Origin: Octopus vulgaris | Lineage: Eukaryota | DNA length: 64,000 nt | NCBI GenBank assembly: GCA_951406725.2 | Contig: OX597827.1 | Coordinates: 20,336,001 to 20,400,000, forward strand | Direction of reading: 5' to 3' | Part shown: positions 26,170-38,313 of the stretch, piece by piece | How the letters are laid out: every line of letters begins with the position of its first letter | How positions within the stretch are numbered: the first letter of the stretch is position 1 | Notes under the pieces: model-generated | Told to the model about the DNA's origin: nothing | Seen by the model: the letters and a program-made list of their open reading frames with translations, nothing else | The model's database searches: none | Program-made: the position numbers and the translations under genes

Positions 26170-26475
26170 GTGTGTGGCACTCCATTGGTCACAACATGTT
26201 TCAGTTGGTCTGATCAACAGAACAGTCTGCTTGTGGAATTAATGTGCAAGTGGCTGAGTACACCACAGACATGCATACTTTTCAATGTAATTATCTGGAA
26301 GATTCAGCATGATACAGAATGTGACAAAGCAGCTGGACCTTTGAATTACGGGCACATCTCACTTTTGCCAGATGAGTGGGTCGGGGTGGGGGGCAATGTG
26401 AAATAAAGTGTCTTGCTTAAAGATACACTGCTGGGAAATACAGTGGTGACCTTACAATTGTGATCCACTATGTGC
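26170..26475 (-). mobile_element. Degenerate SINE (V/Meta-domain-like, related to 37700-37945)
   Basis: GCAATGTGAAATAAAGTGTCTTGCT is the reverse complement of AGCAAAACACTTTATTTCACATTGC at 37.8 kb. Confidence 0.65.
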
Positions 26476-26711
26476 CTCCTCCCCCTCCTCCTCTGTATCT
26501 GCATATATGTATATTGTGTAGGGGTGGTGGGAGGAGTGCATATGTGCACCTCAGTGTATGTTGTGTTTATGATCAATGACATGTTCAATACCTTACTTGA
26601 AATATTGGTATCCACTCTGGCTGAAACTCTACACATTTCTGTTGTTATTGTTGTTCAACTCAAGGTCAGCTCAGGTCAAGCAGTTCTATGACTCACAGCC
26701 AATCAACTGAA

Positions 26712-27006
26712 CAGGGTTAGGGTTAGGGGTGGGGAGAAGGGTATCTTTTTTTCTTCACAAATGTAAATAAACCCAATCTGTTTCTTAAATGAGGGACATA
26801 TTCATACGGCACAGAATGTTTTCACCTCAATAGACTGTCATCGATTGGTTGAAATTGCAGAAATTGAAAAAGAAACCAATAAATATCTTACAAACTATAG
26901 AATTTTCTCAATAAAGCCAAGAGAAAAAGATGTTTTATAAACACATTCTACCAGTATATGAAGTTTAAAATTATGTTAAAAACTGCCGTTCAAACCGAAA
27001 AGATCC
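26712..27006. mobile_element. Truncated MITE family A (one TIR; break at the TTAGGG tract)
   Basis: Ends AAAACTGCCGTTCAAACCGAAAAGATCC. Similarity to 34433-34850 starts at AGGGTTAGGGTTAGGGG. Confidence 0.9.
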
Positions 27007-27482
27007 TATTAAAATTGGAACAAGAGCTAATAAATAGCAAGATTTGTAGCCTGTCTATGCATGTGAGTCAGGTTAAGCATTATAACTTACTTTTGAACAA
27101 AATGATTCTGTTGGAAGCTGTTATAAGCTAATGGGGATGAAGCTAGCATAAACGAAAACATACAGTTCATTATGAGGCAGAGTTGTGGCTGTGAACTCGG
27201 CTGTTCCAGAGGTAACAAGACAAGAGCTGATATAATTCCAAACTGGCTGCAGGAAGTTGGTGAAAAAGCAAAAACTGTTTCACATTGAAAGAAGAACTGT
27301 TGCTGCTGTGCCATCTTTTCGCCAACTGCTTAAAACCTCCCACTTCTCTGCTTGGGCAGAGAACTGCTTTTGGTATTCCTATGTGTCCAGCCCTGATTGG
27401 CTGGAGTATGCCACAGCACAACTGTGCTATGCTGTGGCAACACAAATAGCTTTCCTGACTCACTACAATGGTCACTCTAGAG

Positions 27483-27660
27483 CAGTGCACCACAACTGGT
27501 ATGCCAACACTGATGTTCCACAAGACAATGCTAGGTGTGCCACAGTGTAACCTGAGTATAATTTTTTCCCCTATACTTATATAGTTAGTTCAGGTGTGCT
27601 GCTGAATTTTGAAAAGAATATCCAAGTGTACTGCAAGTAGAAAAAGATTGCAGAACACTG
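27483..27660. mobile_element. hAT (Charlie/Buster-like) MITE
   Basis: CAGTG...CACTG termini. 8-bp TSD CTCTAGAG/CTCTACAG fits the NTCTAGAN target of Charlie/Buster hATs. Confidence 0.65.
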
Positions 27661-28834
27661 CTCTACAGCCAAAACCCTGTGCCCAACTGTCTCCTTAAGT
27701 CCAGACAATAAGGCTCTCCTTTTCCTTAATGGCATGTCAATTTTAGAGAATTTTGGAACCTTGAGATTCTCTCCATTTTGCAAGCAGCATTGGTCTTCAT
27801 TGCCATTTTGTAATTATGATACAGCCCCAGGAGGAAAAGGCAGTTTTAATAAATCGAACAATTTTTTTTTTCTATATTTTCTATAGTTTTGTGTTTGTAT
27901 AAACCTGTGACTCCTGTGTTGTCTGCTCATTGCTTCTGTAGAATGTTTTCTTCTACATTCATCTCCTTTCAGAAGTCTGGAATGTGCTGCCAATATTTTA
28001 GAAAATCTGAGGGTTTTTTAATGCAGATTGTTGAATGTGTGTTTCTTTGCTGCAATGCTTCACTCATCTCTGTTTTAAAATGCGATTTTAATATTTGTAT
28101 AAAAACATTTGAATTGTTGATGGTGGAACATAACAGTTTTGGCGTGTTATTTAGTGTAAGCATGGAGGGGAAACATTTTTTTGAAAATTACTGCTGCTCA
28201 AAAAGAACCACCACCCACCACCATCGCCACCACTACCACCACCACTGCCATTCCTATTCTTATGACTTAGCTATTTTTCTACTTTATCACGTATGTGAGA
28301 ATCAAACATATTTGTACTGAAACAGACTGGTTATAAATGCTTTTATAGCAATCTATAGACACACACATATATATCTATATATATATATACTCACACATAC
28401 GCAGCCATATTTTCATTCTCATTTGAACGTTATAGAAAATAAAAGCTACCTCAATACAAAACTCGAATTAGCAAAACAAGTTTTCCAAAGTCATTGATTT
28501 GACAATTAGTAAAGAGACAGACTATGTAACATTGGGGCCGAGGGAAAAAAAAACAACATCAAAGCAATTGTTCTCTATATTGAATATATATCATGTATGA
28601 TGTTGCACGTGTGACATAGAGGGAAATGTAGATTTAGTCTGCCAGTAGAAGTGTTTCAAATCTAAAAACAACAGCTAAGAGAGCTAAACCTTGAAATCTT
28701 TACACAGATCAGGGTGGATCTGGTCTTTGAAACTGATCCCTGGACACAATAAACATGTTTCAGCATTTTTCTACAACTCCTCAGTGAAAAATGTAAGCAA
28801 AAGGTAGTTTATCTATCTGTCTGTCAGTCTACCT

Positions 28835-29285
<451 letters not shown>

Positions 29286-29297
29286 TATATCTATCTA

Positions 29298-29352
<55 letters not shown>

Positions 29353-29400
29353 GAATGAATACATATTATATCTATATATACATATATATACTATAATATA

Positions 29401-30945
29401 TATAAATTAGAGAAAAACCACTATTATGCAATTCAAACAATGTTAGACATAAACCAAGTAATAAATAAAAAATAAAATATATCTAAAACATATAACTAGA
29501 TCACAAAAAGTACAAAAATGAATAAACAATATATAATAAGTAATAAGACTACGTACGTTTCATGGCTTTAATTTAAATTCGAATTGCAATTAAATTTAAT
29601 CGAAAAACAATTCAATTTAAAATTATAGTCACTCGATAAAATGTATATTTCCATCTGTTTGTTCTATTTCTTTAAGCCACATCTTCACGAGTAAATTTAT
29701 AAAACGCTAAGTAATACGTTTTGAAGTTTTTTAGTTCATAATATATCTTTGGAGAAATAAGTATACAATTTTATTTAAGAAATAATAGTGTACTCTTTAT
29801 AAGTATTGATTGATAAATATGAATTTCTAATTTTTTTTATTTGTTAATGATAATTTAGATACGTACATTTATTTAATTATTATTATTTTATAATTATTAT
29901 ATCTGAACTTATATTGTAAAATATTAGTTTGCTACTTTATGATTTAGATTATAAAAATTTTTTAGTATAAGTAAAGGTTTTTATTATATTTTTAGTACTA
30001 TTAAATTTAATAATAATAATAATAAGTACTTCTTACACAAATAATTTTATAAATGATAAGTAATACGTTTTTAGTTTTGGAATTTTTTATTTTTTATTTC
30101 ATAAATATTTTCGGAATGATATCTATAATATTTATTGAAATAATAATGGAGTAATTTATTTATTTATTTATATATTTATTGATTGAAAAAATATGGATTT
30201 TTAATTGCTATATTTGTTGATTATAATTTAGATACGTACTTTTATATAATTTTATAATTTTATTTTTTTATAATTGATAAATGTGAACTAAAATCTAAAG
30301 ATATTAAGTGTGATTGCTTTGTAAAATAGTTTGTGAATTAAAATATTAGAGAATAGCTAGTGAAAAGATATTCTATAGTTTATTAATATTTTTTCTTAAA
30401 GCTAAATTATATCTTCACAGATAAATACATTTTTCTATCTATTTACTATATTTTTTTACCTCAAATATTTAACATGATAAGTGTTTTATAGGCACCTGGT
30501 CCTAATGTTTTAAGTTTCAAATTTAGTTAATGGAGTTTCCTCTATAAGAACAATCATGATTTTATTTCTTTAAGAAATATTGTTTTGTTCTATTTGATTA
30601 TTTATTTAACTATTATTATTATTATTGTTGACCTGACGAGTGACTATAATTTTAAATTGAATTGTTTTTCGATTAAATTTAATTGTAATTCGAATATAAA
30701 TTATAGCCATCAAACATACAGTCTTTTTACTTATTATATATTGTTTATTCATTTTTGTACATTTTGTAATCTAGTTATATGTTTTAAAATATATTATGAT
30801 TTAGTTTATGTCTATCATTGTTTGAATTGCATAATAGTGTTTTTTCTCTAATTTATATATATTATATATTGTGAAATTTGATTAAATATTAAATTGAATT
30901 TTTCTCTGTAAGTTTGGAGTTATACTCCCTAATATTATTATTATC
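29401..30945. mobile_element. Penelope-like element remnant with ~230-bp inverted pseudo-LTRs carrying a hammerhead motif
   Basis: Arms 29401-29635 and 30637-30857 are reverse complements. The composite reads GAC-CTGACGA-GTGACTAT...ATAGCCAT-GAAAC-GTAC-GTA-GTC. The interior is extremely AT-rich with an internal duplication, and the unit is flanked by (TA)n. Confidence 0.75.
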
Positions 30946-31058
30946 ATATATATACTATATATATATGAATACATATCATATCTATATATATATGAATGAA
31001 TACATATATCTATATATACTAAATATATATATGAATGAATACATATATCTATATATAC

Positions 31059-31108
<50 letters not shown>

Positions 31109-31180
31109 TGAATACATATATCTATATATACTATATATATATATATACTTTATTTAAAAGCAGCAGAAATATAACAGAAG

Positions 31181-31218
31181 CTGTTACTCAGAGTTTCACG
31201 TTCCCATTCATCGGACAG
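31181..31218 (-). ncRNA. Minimal type-I hammerhead ribozyme motif (CCGAUGA core variant)
   Basis: CTGT-CCGATGA-ATG GGAA CGT-GAAAC-TCTGA-GTA-ACAG. Stem I CTGT/ACAG, stem II with a GNRA loop, palindromic stem III and a GUA cleavage triplet. Confidence 0.7.
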
Positions 31219-31464
31219 TTTTGTTAAAAAAAGTGAGACCATAACCTTGTGGCCTATGCCAGGGGTGTAACCAGCCCACTTATGCGTACCTTTCTTTCAT
31301 TGGACACTAAACACTGCTTGCGAAGACCTGTTCAGGCAAGTGAGATCGAAACCAAATTCGATGACTGGCATCCGTGCTAGTGGAGCGCTAAGAGTACTAT
31401 ATGAGCGTGATCGTTATGTATATATATATATATATATATATCATCATCATCATCATCATTTAAC

Positions 31465-31684
31465 TATTTCTTTACTACCCACAAGTGGCTAAACACAGAG
31501 AGGACAAACAAACGAATCAAGTCGATTATATCGACCCCAGTGCGTAACTGGTACTTATTTAATCGACCTAGAAAGGATGACAGGCAAAGTCGACCTCGGC
31601 GGAATTTGAACTCAGAATGTAACTGCAGACGAAATACGGCTACGCATTTCACCCGGTGTGCTAACGTTTCTGCCAGCTCGCTGC
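31465..31684 (-). mobile_element. Young tRNA-derived SINE (Nin/Deu-like core) inserted in the LINE (CAT)n tail
   Basis: Nearly identical to 59654-59887. TSD CATCATCATCATTTAAC on both sides. Confidence 0.92.
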
Positions 31685-33125
31685 CATCATCATCATTTAA
31701 CGTCCGCTTTCCACGCTAGCATGGGTTAGACGGTTCGACCGGGGTCTGGTGAGCCATGGAGACTGCACCAGGCCCAGTCTGATCTGACAGTGTTTCTACA
31801 GCTGGATGCCCTTCCTAACGCCAACCACTCCGTGAGTATAGTGGGTGCTTTTTACGTGCCACTGGCATGGAGGCCAGTCAGGGTGGCGCTGGCTACGACC
31901 ACGTTCGGATGGCTCTCTTACGTGCCACTGGCACTGGTATCACAGCTACAAATTCCATTTATGTTGATCGATTATGATTTTGATTTCAATATATATATTC
32001 TACCTTTACTATCTCTTCTCTCCCTCTCTTGTTCTTCATCCTTTATGGTTTTCTCTCCCTCCCTTCCCTAATCTTCTCTCCTCTTCGCAATTTTTGATGT
32101 TGATGTACTTGACTCAATAGGTCTCAAGTACAGCAGGTCGCCCTATGATCCAAGGTTAGCACAGCAGGCCATCTTGCAAGCCATGAACTCACTTCATTTG
32201 TCAGGTCTTCACAGTCACAGCATATCTCCAGAGGTCTTGGTCTTTCGTCAGAGGTCTTGGCCTCTGTGAGGCCCAACGTTTGAAGGTCATGCTTGACCAC
32301 CTCATCCCACGTCTTCCTGGGTCTACCTCTACCCCAGATTCCTTCAACTGTTTGGAGTGGCACTTCTTCACACATCTCTCCTCATCCATCCTTAGTACAT
32401 GACCATACCAATGCAAACATCTCTCTTGCATGCCACATCTGATGCTTCTTATGTCCAACATTTCTCTCAGGGCGCTTACACTCTGTTGTGCATGCACACT
32501 GACATTACACATCCAGTGGATCATTCTAGCTTCTTTTCTTTCAAGCCTACACATGTCCTCCGCAGTCACGGCCCATGTTTCACTGCCATGAAGCATGGCA
32601 GTTCGCACACATACATTGTACAATCTACCTTTCACTCTGAGCGAGAGACCCTTTGTCACCAGTAGGGGAAGAAGCTTTCTAAATTTTGCCCAGGCTATTC
32701 TTATTCTAGTGGTAACACTCTCTGAGCATCCACCCCCACTACCAACTTGGTCACCTAGGTAGCGGAAGCTATCAGCTACTTCTAGTTTCTCCCCCTGGAG
32801 TGTGATGGAATCTGTTTTCTGAGTATCTGTGGTGTCTATTGCCCTAGAGCATCTGCTGCACACGAAAGCTGTCTTCTCGGATAATTTTCTTTTGATGTTG
32901 CTGCACCTCTTATGTGTCCATAGCTTACACTGGGTACATCTTATAGAGTTTCTACCTATACCTTTTCTACAGATCAAGCAGGGCCACCTACCTGAGTGGG
33001 TGTGTGATGAGTTCACCTTCCTACTCACTAGAACTTTGGTCTTTGCTACATTGACTCTAAGGCCTTTTGATTCTAAACCTAGCTTCCACACCTGAAATTT
33101 CTTTTTTAGTTCCGGTAGTGATTCT
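31685..33125 (-). mobile_element. 5'-truncated RTE LINE: open C-terminal ORF with PHD-type finger plus 3' UTR
   Basis: ESKGLRVNVAKTKVL, CLIC..CTQC..HKRC..CSRC, FRYLGDQV, AMLHGSETW, WYGHVLRM. The 3' UTR is the source of the many short tail copies. Confidence 0.93.
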
Positions 33126-33149
33126 GTGTGTACATATATATATATATAT

Positions 33150-33344
33150 ATTGATAAAAATGGTTGGACAACAAAAGAAAGAGACCTCGATATTATGTAA
33201 ATAGAGGAATTTATCTGTAAATGTAATATGTGACAATTATTCCGATGGCTGGATAACTGAAGAGATGGCAGCGTGGATTTCCACCTCGGCATCCAAAACT
33301 CAGAGTTTTATCATGGCTACCAAATAATTGTCACATATTACATT

Positions 33345-33345
<1 letters not shown>
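33150..33345 (+). mobile_element. Short Penelope-like unit with hammerhead motif (33252-33312) between short inverted repeats
   Basis: GATAA-CTGAAGA-GATG..GTGGATTTCCAC..CATC-C-aAAAC-TCAGA-GTT-TTATC. Flanked by ATGTAATATGTGACAATTATT / AATAATTGTCACATATTACAT and by (TA)n. Confidence 0.7.
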
Positions 33346-33391
<46 letters not shown>

Positions 33392-33395
<4 letters not shown>

Positions 33396-33956
33396 ATAAA
33401 ACGGTAAGATAACAAAAGAAAGAAAGAGACCTCAATATTATGTAAATAGAGGAAATTTATCTATACAATATGTTACATTACTCGGTAGTCAAGATAAAAC
33501 TCTGAGTTTCAGATGCCGAAGTGGAAATACACAACACCATCTCTTATGCGACATGGAGAGATGGCTTATCTGGAAAAGCAGCTTAGACCCTACCACATGT
33601 CTAAATACAAGGACAGAGCTTTTCGGATCATGCCCACATGTGACTAAATTTCTGTTACGTTTTTGGTCCCCTAAAGAGAATGGATAGAACATGCTTTCTG
33701 TGTTATGTCCCAAGAAGAATTTATATATTTTTATATATTTTTATGTATTTTTATATAATTTTTATGACGAAAAATGCGAGCGATGTATAAGTACGCAGGC
33801 AAAGCAGAGTTATAACAGAGTAATTTCCCTTCATTTTTAACGGTATTTTTTCATAACGTTTTCAAATAGCCAGATAACCGAAGAGATGGTGTTGTGGATT
33901 TCCACTTCGGCATCTGAAACTCAGAGTTTTATCTTGACTACCGAGTAATGTAACAT

Positions 33957-33964
<8 letters not shown>
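33392..33964. mobile_element. Penelope-like unit with 84-bp inverted arms and hammerhead motif (33872-33934, +)
   Basis: Arms 33462-33545 and 33881-33964. AGATAA-CCGAAGA-GATG...CATC-T-GAAAC-TCAGA-GTT-TTATCT. Embedded in (TA)n. Confidence 0.78.
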
Positions 33965-34015
<51 letters not shown>

Positions 34016-34395
34016 TATATATATATATATGTATGAATACATTATATATATATATTCATAATACATACAGGAGAGGGAGCAACCTCACGAGTGCTAGTGA
34101 CACAAAAAAGCACCCAGTACACACCCTGTAGAGAAGTTGGCATTAGTAAGGAGGGCATCTAGCCATAGCAATCAGAGTAGACACCAGAGCTCAAAAATCC
34201 TGCAAATTGCTCCTATTCTCTCAAACCATCCAAGTGATACCAGTATTGAAAACAGACATGAAATGTTTAGGATAATGACACACACACATTGTTACTGTTT
34301 GTTTTTATGTTCAGTTATAATAAAAACAATTTTACATTCATCTGATGAGCAACTCTAAACTTTGTAGAATACAAATTTATTATTGTTTAAGAATT

Positions 34396-34426
<31 letters not shown>

Positions 34427-34432
34427 CAGCCG

Positions 34433-34850
34433 GGATCTTTTTGGCTTGAACGGCAGTTTTTTCTAGCGGTGTCATATGAAATTGTCACCCATAATTATGA
34501 CCCTAGTATCGATCTATTGCATTTCAATGTTTTAGGGTTAGGGTTAGGGGTCGAGGGAGGGGTATCTTTTTTTCTTCACAAATGTAAATAAACCCAAACT
34601 GTTTCTAAAATGAGGAACATATTCATACGGCACAGAATGTGTTTTTTTACCTCAATGGACGTATTTGATTGCTTGAAATTGCAGAAGTTGTAGAAAAAAA
34701 ACATCAAATATCTTACAAACTATAGAATTTTCTCAATAAAGCCAAGAGAAAAAGATGTTTTATAAACACATTCTACCAGTATACGAAGTTTAAAATTTTT
34801 TAGTTACCTAGAAATTATGTTAAAAACTGCCGTTCAAACTGAAAAGATCC
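34433..34850. mobile_element. MITE family A (~28-bp TIR GGATCTTTTCGGTTTGAACGGCAGTTTTT; Merlin-like)
   Basis: Both TIRs present. Perfect 8-bp TSD AGCAGCCG. (TTAGGG)3 at 34532-34549. Confidence 0.95.
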
Positions 34851-35039
34851 AGCAGCCGTTCTGATGAAAACTGGGATTAAGTTTACCTGCAATTCCCATT
34901 TGCAAAACTGCTCCCGATAACATCAGCCGAAATGGATTTCTACTCCAATATAAACGGACTCTTGTTAAATATATGAGTGTCAGTTTTTTTCTGACTGATG
35001 AATTTTTAGATGACACACACCCTAACCTTTAGTACCACT

Positions 35040-35265
35040 CTCCAACCCCCAATTGAGGGGTCTTGTTTGCAAGTTACCTGATGACCTTGCTGGTGCTACA
35101 TAAAAAGCAGCCAGCACCCTCTGTAAAGTGGCTAGTGTTAGGAAGGGCACCCAGCTGGAGCGACCAAGCCAAAGCAGACTAGAGCTTGGCAAAGTCCTCT
35201 GCTTCACCAGTCCCTGTTGAAGTGTCTAACCCATGCCAGCATGGAAAAGAGATGGTGATGATGAT
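35040..35265 (+). mobile_element. RTE LINE 3' UTR/tail copy
   Basis: GTTAGGAAGGGCA...AACCCATGCCAGCATGGAAA..(GAT)n. Confidence 0.8.
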
Positions 35266-35424
35266 GTATAAATAAAATATAAAATTCTTGAGCAATGAAA
35301 ACCTTGATGTTCAGCAGCCAAGACAAATTGTCATCATCATCATTTTGCTGCTGATGCTGCCACCACCACCATCATCATCATCAACATCTTAATCATCAGT
35401 AACAACAATCTCAACAAGGACACT

Positions 35425-35835
35425 TCTATGTAGTGGCTTGATATGCTAGAAATAGCAGTCTAATCTCCCTCTCATTACAGCTGACTGTTATAAAACAAGG
35501 AAGACATATTGGGAAATGTAGTCCTGGACACACGGTTAAACATTAAAGCTGGAATAGTCATGGCTGGAAAGCCTTTGATCATCACATAAGGACTGACTTG
35601 AGGCTACACAACAATGACCACCACCACCACCACCACCACCACCACAGCAACAAAGCAATAAAGTCCCTGGTTGTCTGATATACTAGAGATAGTAGTCACA
35701 TCTCCCTCAAATCTTAACTCTCTTAATATAAGACATTGAATTAGGAGGTTCTAAGTTCACTGAAAAAGATAGGGTAGTCATGGTTAGAATGCCTTCGATC
35801 TTATGGTTGGGGGCTGACCTGGGGTTAAACGACAA
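35425..35835 (+). repeat. Two adjacent diverged copies of a ~180-bp interspersed repeat
   Basis: Both contain GATAT(G/A)CTAGA(A/G)ATAG..GTC..ATCTCCCTC and TAGTCATGG(C/T)T(G/A)GAA(A/T)GCCTT(T/C)GATC. The head also occurs near 40690 and 59580. Confidence 0.6.
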
Positions 35836-35982
35836 CCAAAACCAATACGGGTTTTTAAAACATGCTGACACAGGTCACAATCGAAGCATAAACATCAGTG
35901 CAGCAGCAGCAGCAGCAACGGCGGTGGTGGTGGTGGTGGTGGTGGTGGTGGTGTAAGCTCTAAAATAATCCTGGTACAAGCA

Positions 35983-36015
<33 letters not shown>

Positions 36016-36463
36016 ACCCTACCACCACCACCACCACCTCCATACACACCCACTCTGCCACTGTCAGTCATTGTCAGACAAGTTTATCCTCATACAACCA
36101 ACATTCTACAGTGTTGATGGTCGTTCGGCTGTGTATACCTCAGTCGTCAATATGTCTTCTCTACATAAGCTAGTGCTGTACAGATATTACAACAAAGTGT
36201 TGGGACCTTGCTACGACTTCACTCAATGCACGTCAACATCTTCATTATTATTATTATTATTGTTATCATCATCATCGCCATCACAGTTTTGCAGATGAAG
36301 GTAAATTTTTTTTTTTCTCTGTGAATGTTTAAGAAATGCTGTCAATTCGATTCTGTTTCTTTGCTGTCTGTCTGTCTGTCTGTCTGTCTATAATCAAAAT
36401 AAGCAACAAGGTGCCTCAACTTAAGTACCATGTTCATCTGAATATATATATGTGTATGTATGC

Positions 36464-36519
<56 letters not shown>

Positions 36520-36829
36520 GTATATATATATGTGTGTGTGTATGTATGTCTCGCTGTCTCTATCCCTATCTATCCTTTTCTCCCTTCTTTCTCTCTGTCT
36601 GTTTGTCAAACTTACCCCCTTCTTTAAAATATATGCACACATACACAAACATGGTAACACACACACACACACACACACGCACCTACCAACCTAATTCTCA
36701 TTCTCTGCACTGACCTCATTCACCAGTCTTGTTGTTGTTGCTCTTCTATTCCCTGTGTGTTTGTGAGAGAGAGAGAGAGAGAGAGTGTGTGATAGACAGA
36801 AAAAGAGACAGTCAGAAAGAATTAGAGAA

Positions 36830-37215
36830 AGAAATGAACCCCAGTACATCACTGGTACCCTGTTTATTCAGTCCAATAAGGAGAAAGAAAGTTGGCCCCT
36901 GCAAGGATTCTTTTATATTTTTATTTTTGGCAGTGGCCATGCTGGAGTGCCACCTTGTATGTTTTTATCAATCAAACCATCCTCAGTAATTATTTTAAGC
37001 CTGGTACCTATTTTAATGTGGGAACATAAACAAACCTATATTGGTTCTGAAGGGATGAAAGTCAAACTCATAAAAATAACTCGTGTATACATACACACAC
37101 ACATATTTACAAAATACTTCTACATAAATTCCATTGCTGAAATTCATCCAGAAACCAGTGCTCAGCCCAGGGCTAAAGAGGAAGACACTTGGCCAAGGTG
37201 CCATGCAGTGTACCT
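36830..37215 (-). mobile_element. Degenerate SINE (family of 24521-24924)
   Basis: GGCCATGCTGGAG, AAGCCTGGTAC and GAAGACACTTGGCCAAGGTGCCATGCAGTG blocks. Confidence 0.65.
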
Positions 37216-37699
37216 CAACATGTTATTGAAGACCAGTGACATGAATTGCTTTATGAAACCATTTAAGCTTTTCTTGAGAGAGAAGCTAGATCACATTGAT
37301 TCTCTGTTGAGCATAGAATAAAACAGGGACGATTCATTTACTCCTGTTTTCTGTGCCATGTTTTTCTCTTTTGTACTAAAAAGACCATTGGCTGATAACA
37401 ACACTGGAATTTATTTAAGATATTGAACAACAAGGAGACTATTTCTCATCCATCAGTTTCTTACACCATTGCTCTGATTGGAGATTCGTTATCTGCAGAC
37501 GACCGGGTTACACAGACTGAGGCCGATTCACAAATACTGAACGGTTAAAGCATTTGATGAGTTTTGCTTAACAGTTAAAGGTAAAAAGACAGTTAAAATG
37601 TACTGACCTGCACCTAGAAGACCATATCATCCAACAACCATTTATACCGAGGGTATACAGTTAAAGACATTATCACCTACCAACCATGTGTATGTGTGT

Positions 37700-37945
37700 G
37701 AAGGCTTAGTGGCTTAGTGGCTAAAAGTGTTGTACTCGTGATCATGAGATTGTAGTTTTGTTCCTGGACCAGGCAATGCATTGTGTTCTTGGAGCAAAAC
37801 ACTTTATTTCACATTGCTCCAATCCACTCAGCTGGCTAAAATGAGTACTTCTGTGATGGACAGGCGTCCCGTCCAGGAGCACAATATATACACCACAGAA
37901 TCCGGGAAACTGGCCTTATGAGCCTTTGGCTTGAGAAAGACCTTT
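37700..37945 (+). mobile_element. tRNA-derived SINE with V/Meta-like domains
   Basis: A-box TGGCTTAGTGG, TGTGTTCTTGGAGCAAAACACTTTATTTCACATTGCTCC, and GATGGACAGGCGTCCCGTCCAGG. Confidence 0.75.
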
Positions 37946-38089
37946 GATCCTTTTGGGGTTTTTTTATGGTGGTGGTGGTGGGGGGGGGATATATGTATAT
38001 ATGTATGATCAGACTCAAAAGAGGCTGTGCTGGCAAGATTGAATGCTTTTCTTTCTTTCTTTCTTTCTCTCTCTCTCTCTCTCTGTATA

Positions 38090-38159
<70 letters not shown>

Positions 38160-38313
38160 GATAGATGTATATTTGTGCATGTTTTTATGTGGTTTGTGCA
38201 AGTATGCAAGGATAAACAGGTATAAAAAAGGGAAAAAATGCACAATTCTGAGAGTGAAACACGAAAGTGGATAGAATATAAAATCGTGTGAGAAAATGTT
38301 TTCACTGTTTGTA

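Noticed and set aside
27170-27783. ORFs of 97, 117 and 68 aa in moderately GC-rich sequence
   Set aside because: No recognisable motifs, no convincing splice sites, and partly overlapping a hAT MITE.
33126-33292. N-terminal ~55 aa of the 363-aa ORF 32201-33292
   Set aside because: It reads through a (TA)n tract and the adjacent hammerhead unit. Only 32201-33125 is LINE-derived, and it is not a host gene.
34532-34549. (TTAGGG)3 as a telomere or chromosome-fusion scar
   Set aside because: It is internal to a MITE bounded by TIRs and a TSD, and recurs at the same position in other copies.
36226-36300. MHVNIFIIIIIIVIIIIAITVLQMK followed by a GAAG|GTAAAT donor, resembling a signal-anchor first exon
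   Set aside because: The hydrophobicity comes from (ATT)n(ATC)n repeats, and phase 0 does not fit the micro-exon. A non-coding exon remains possible but is unsupported.
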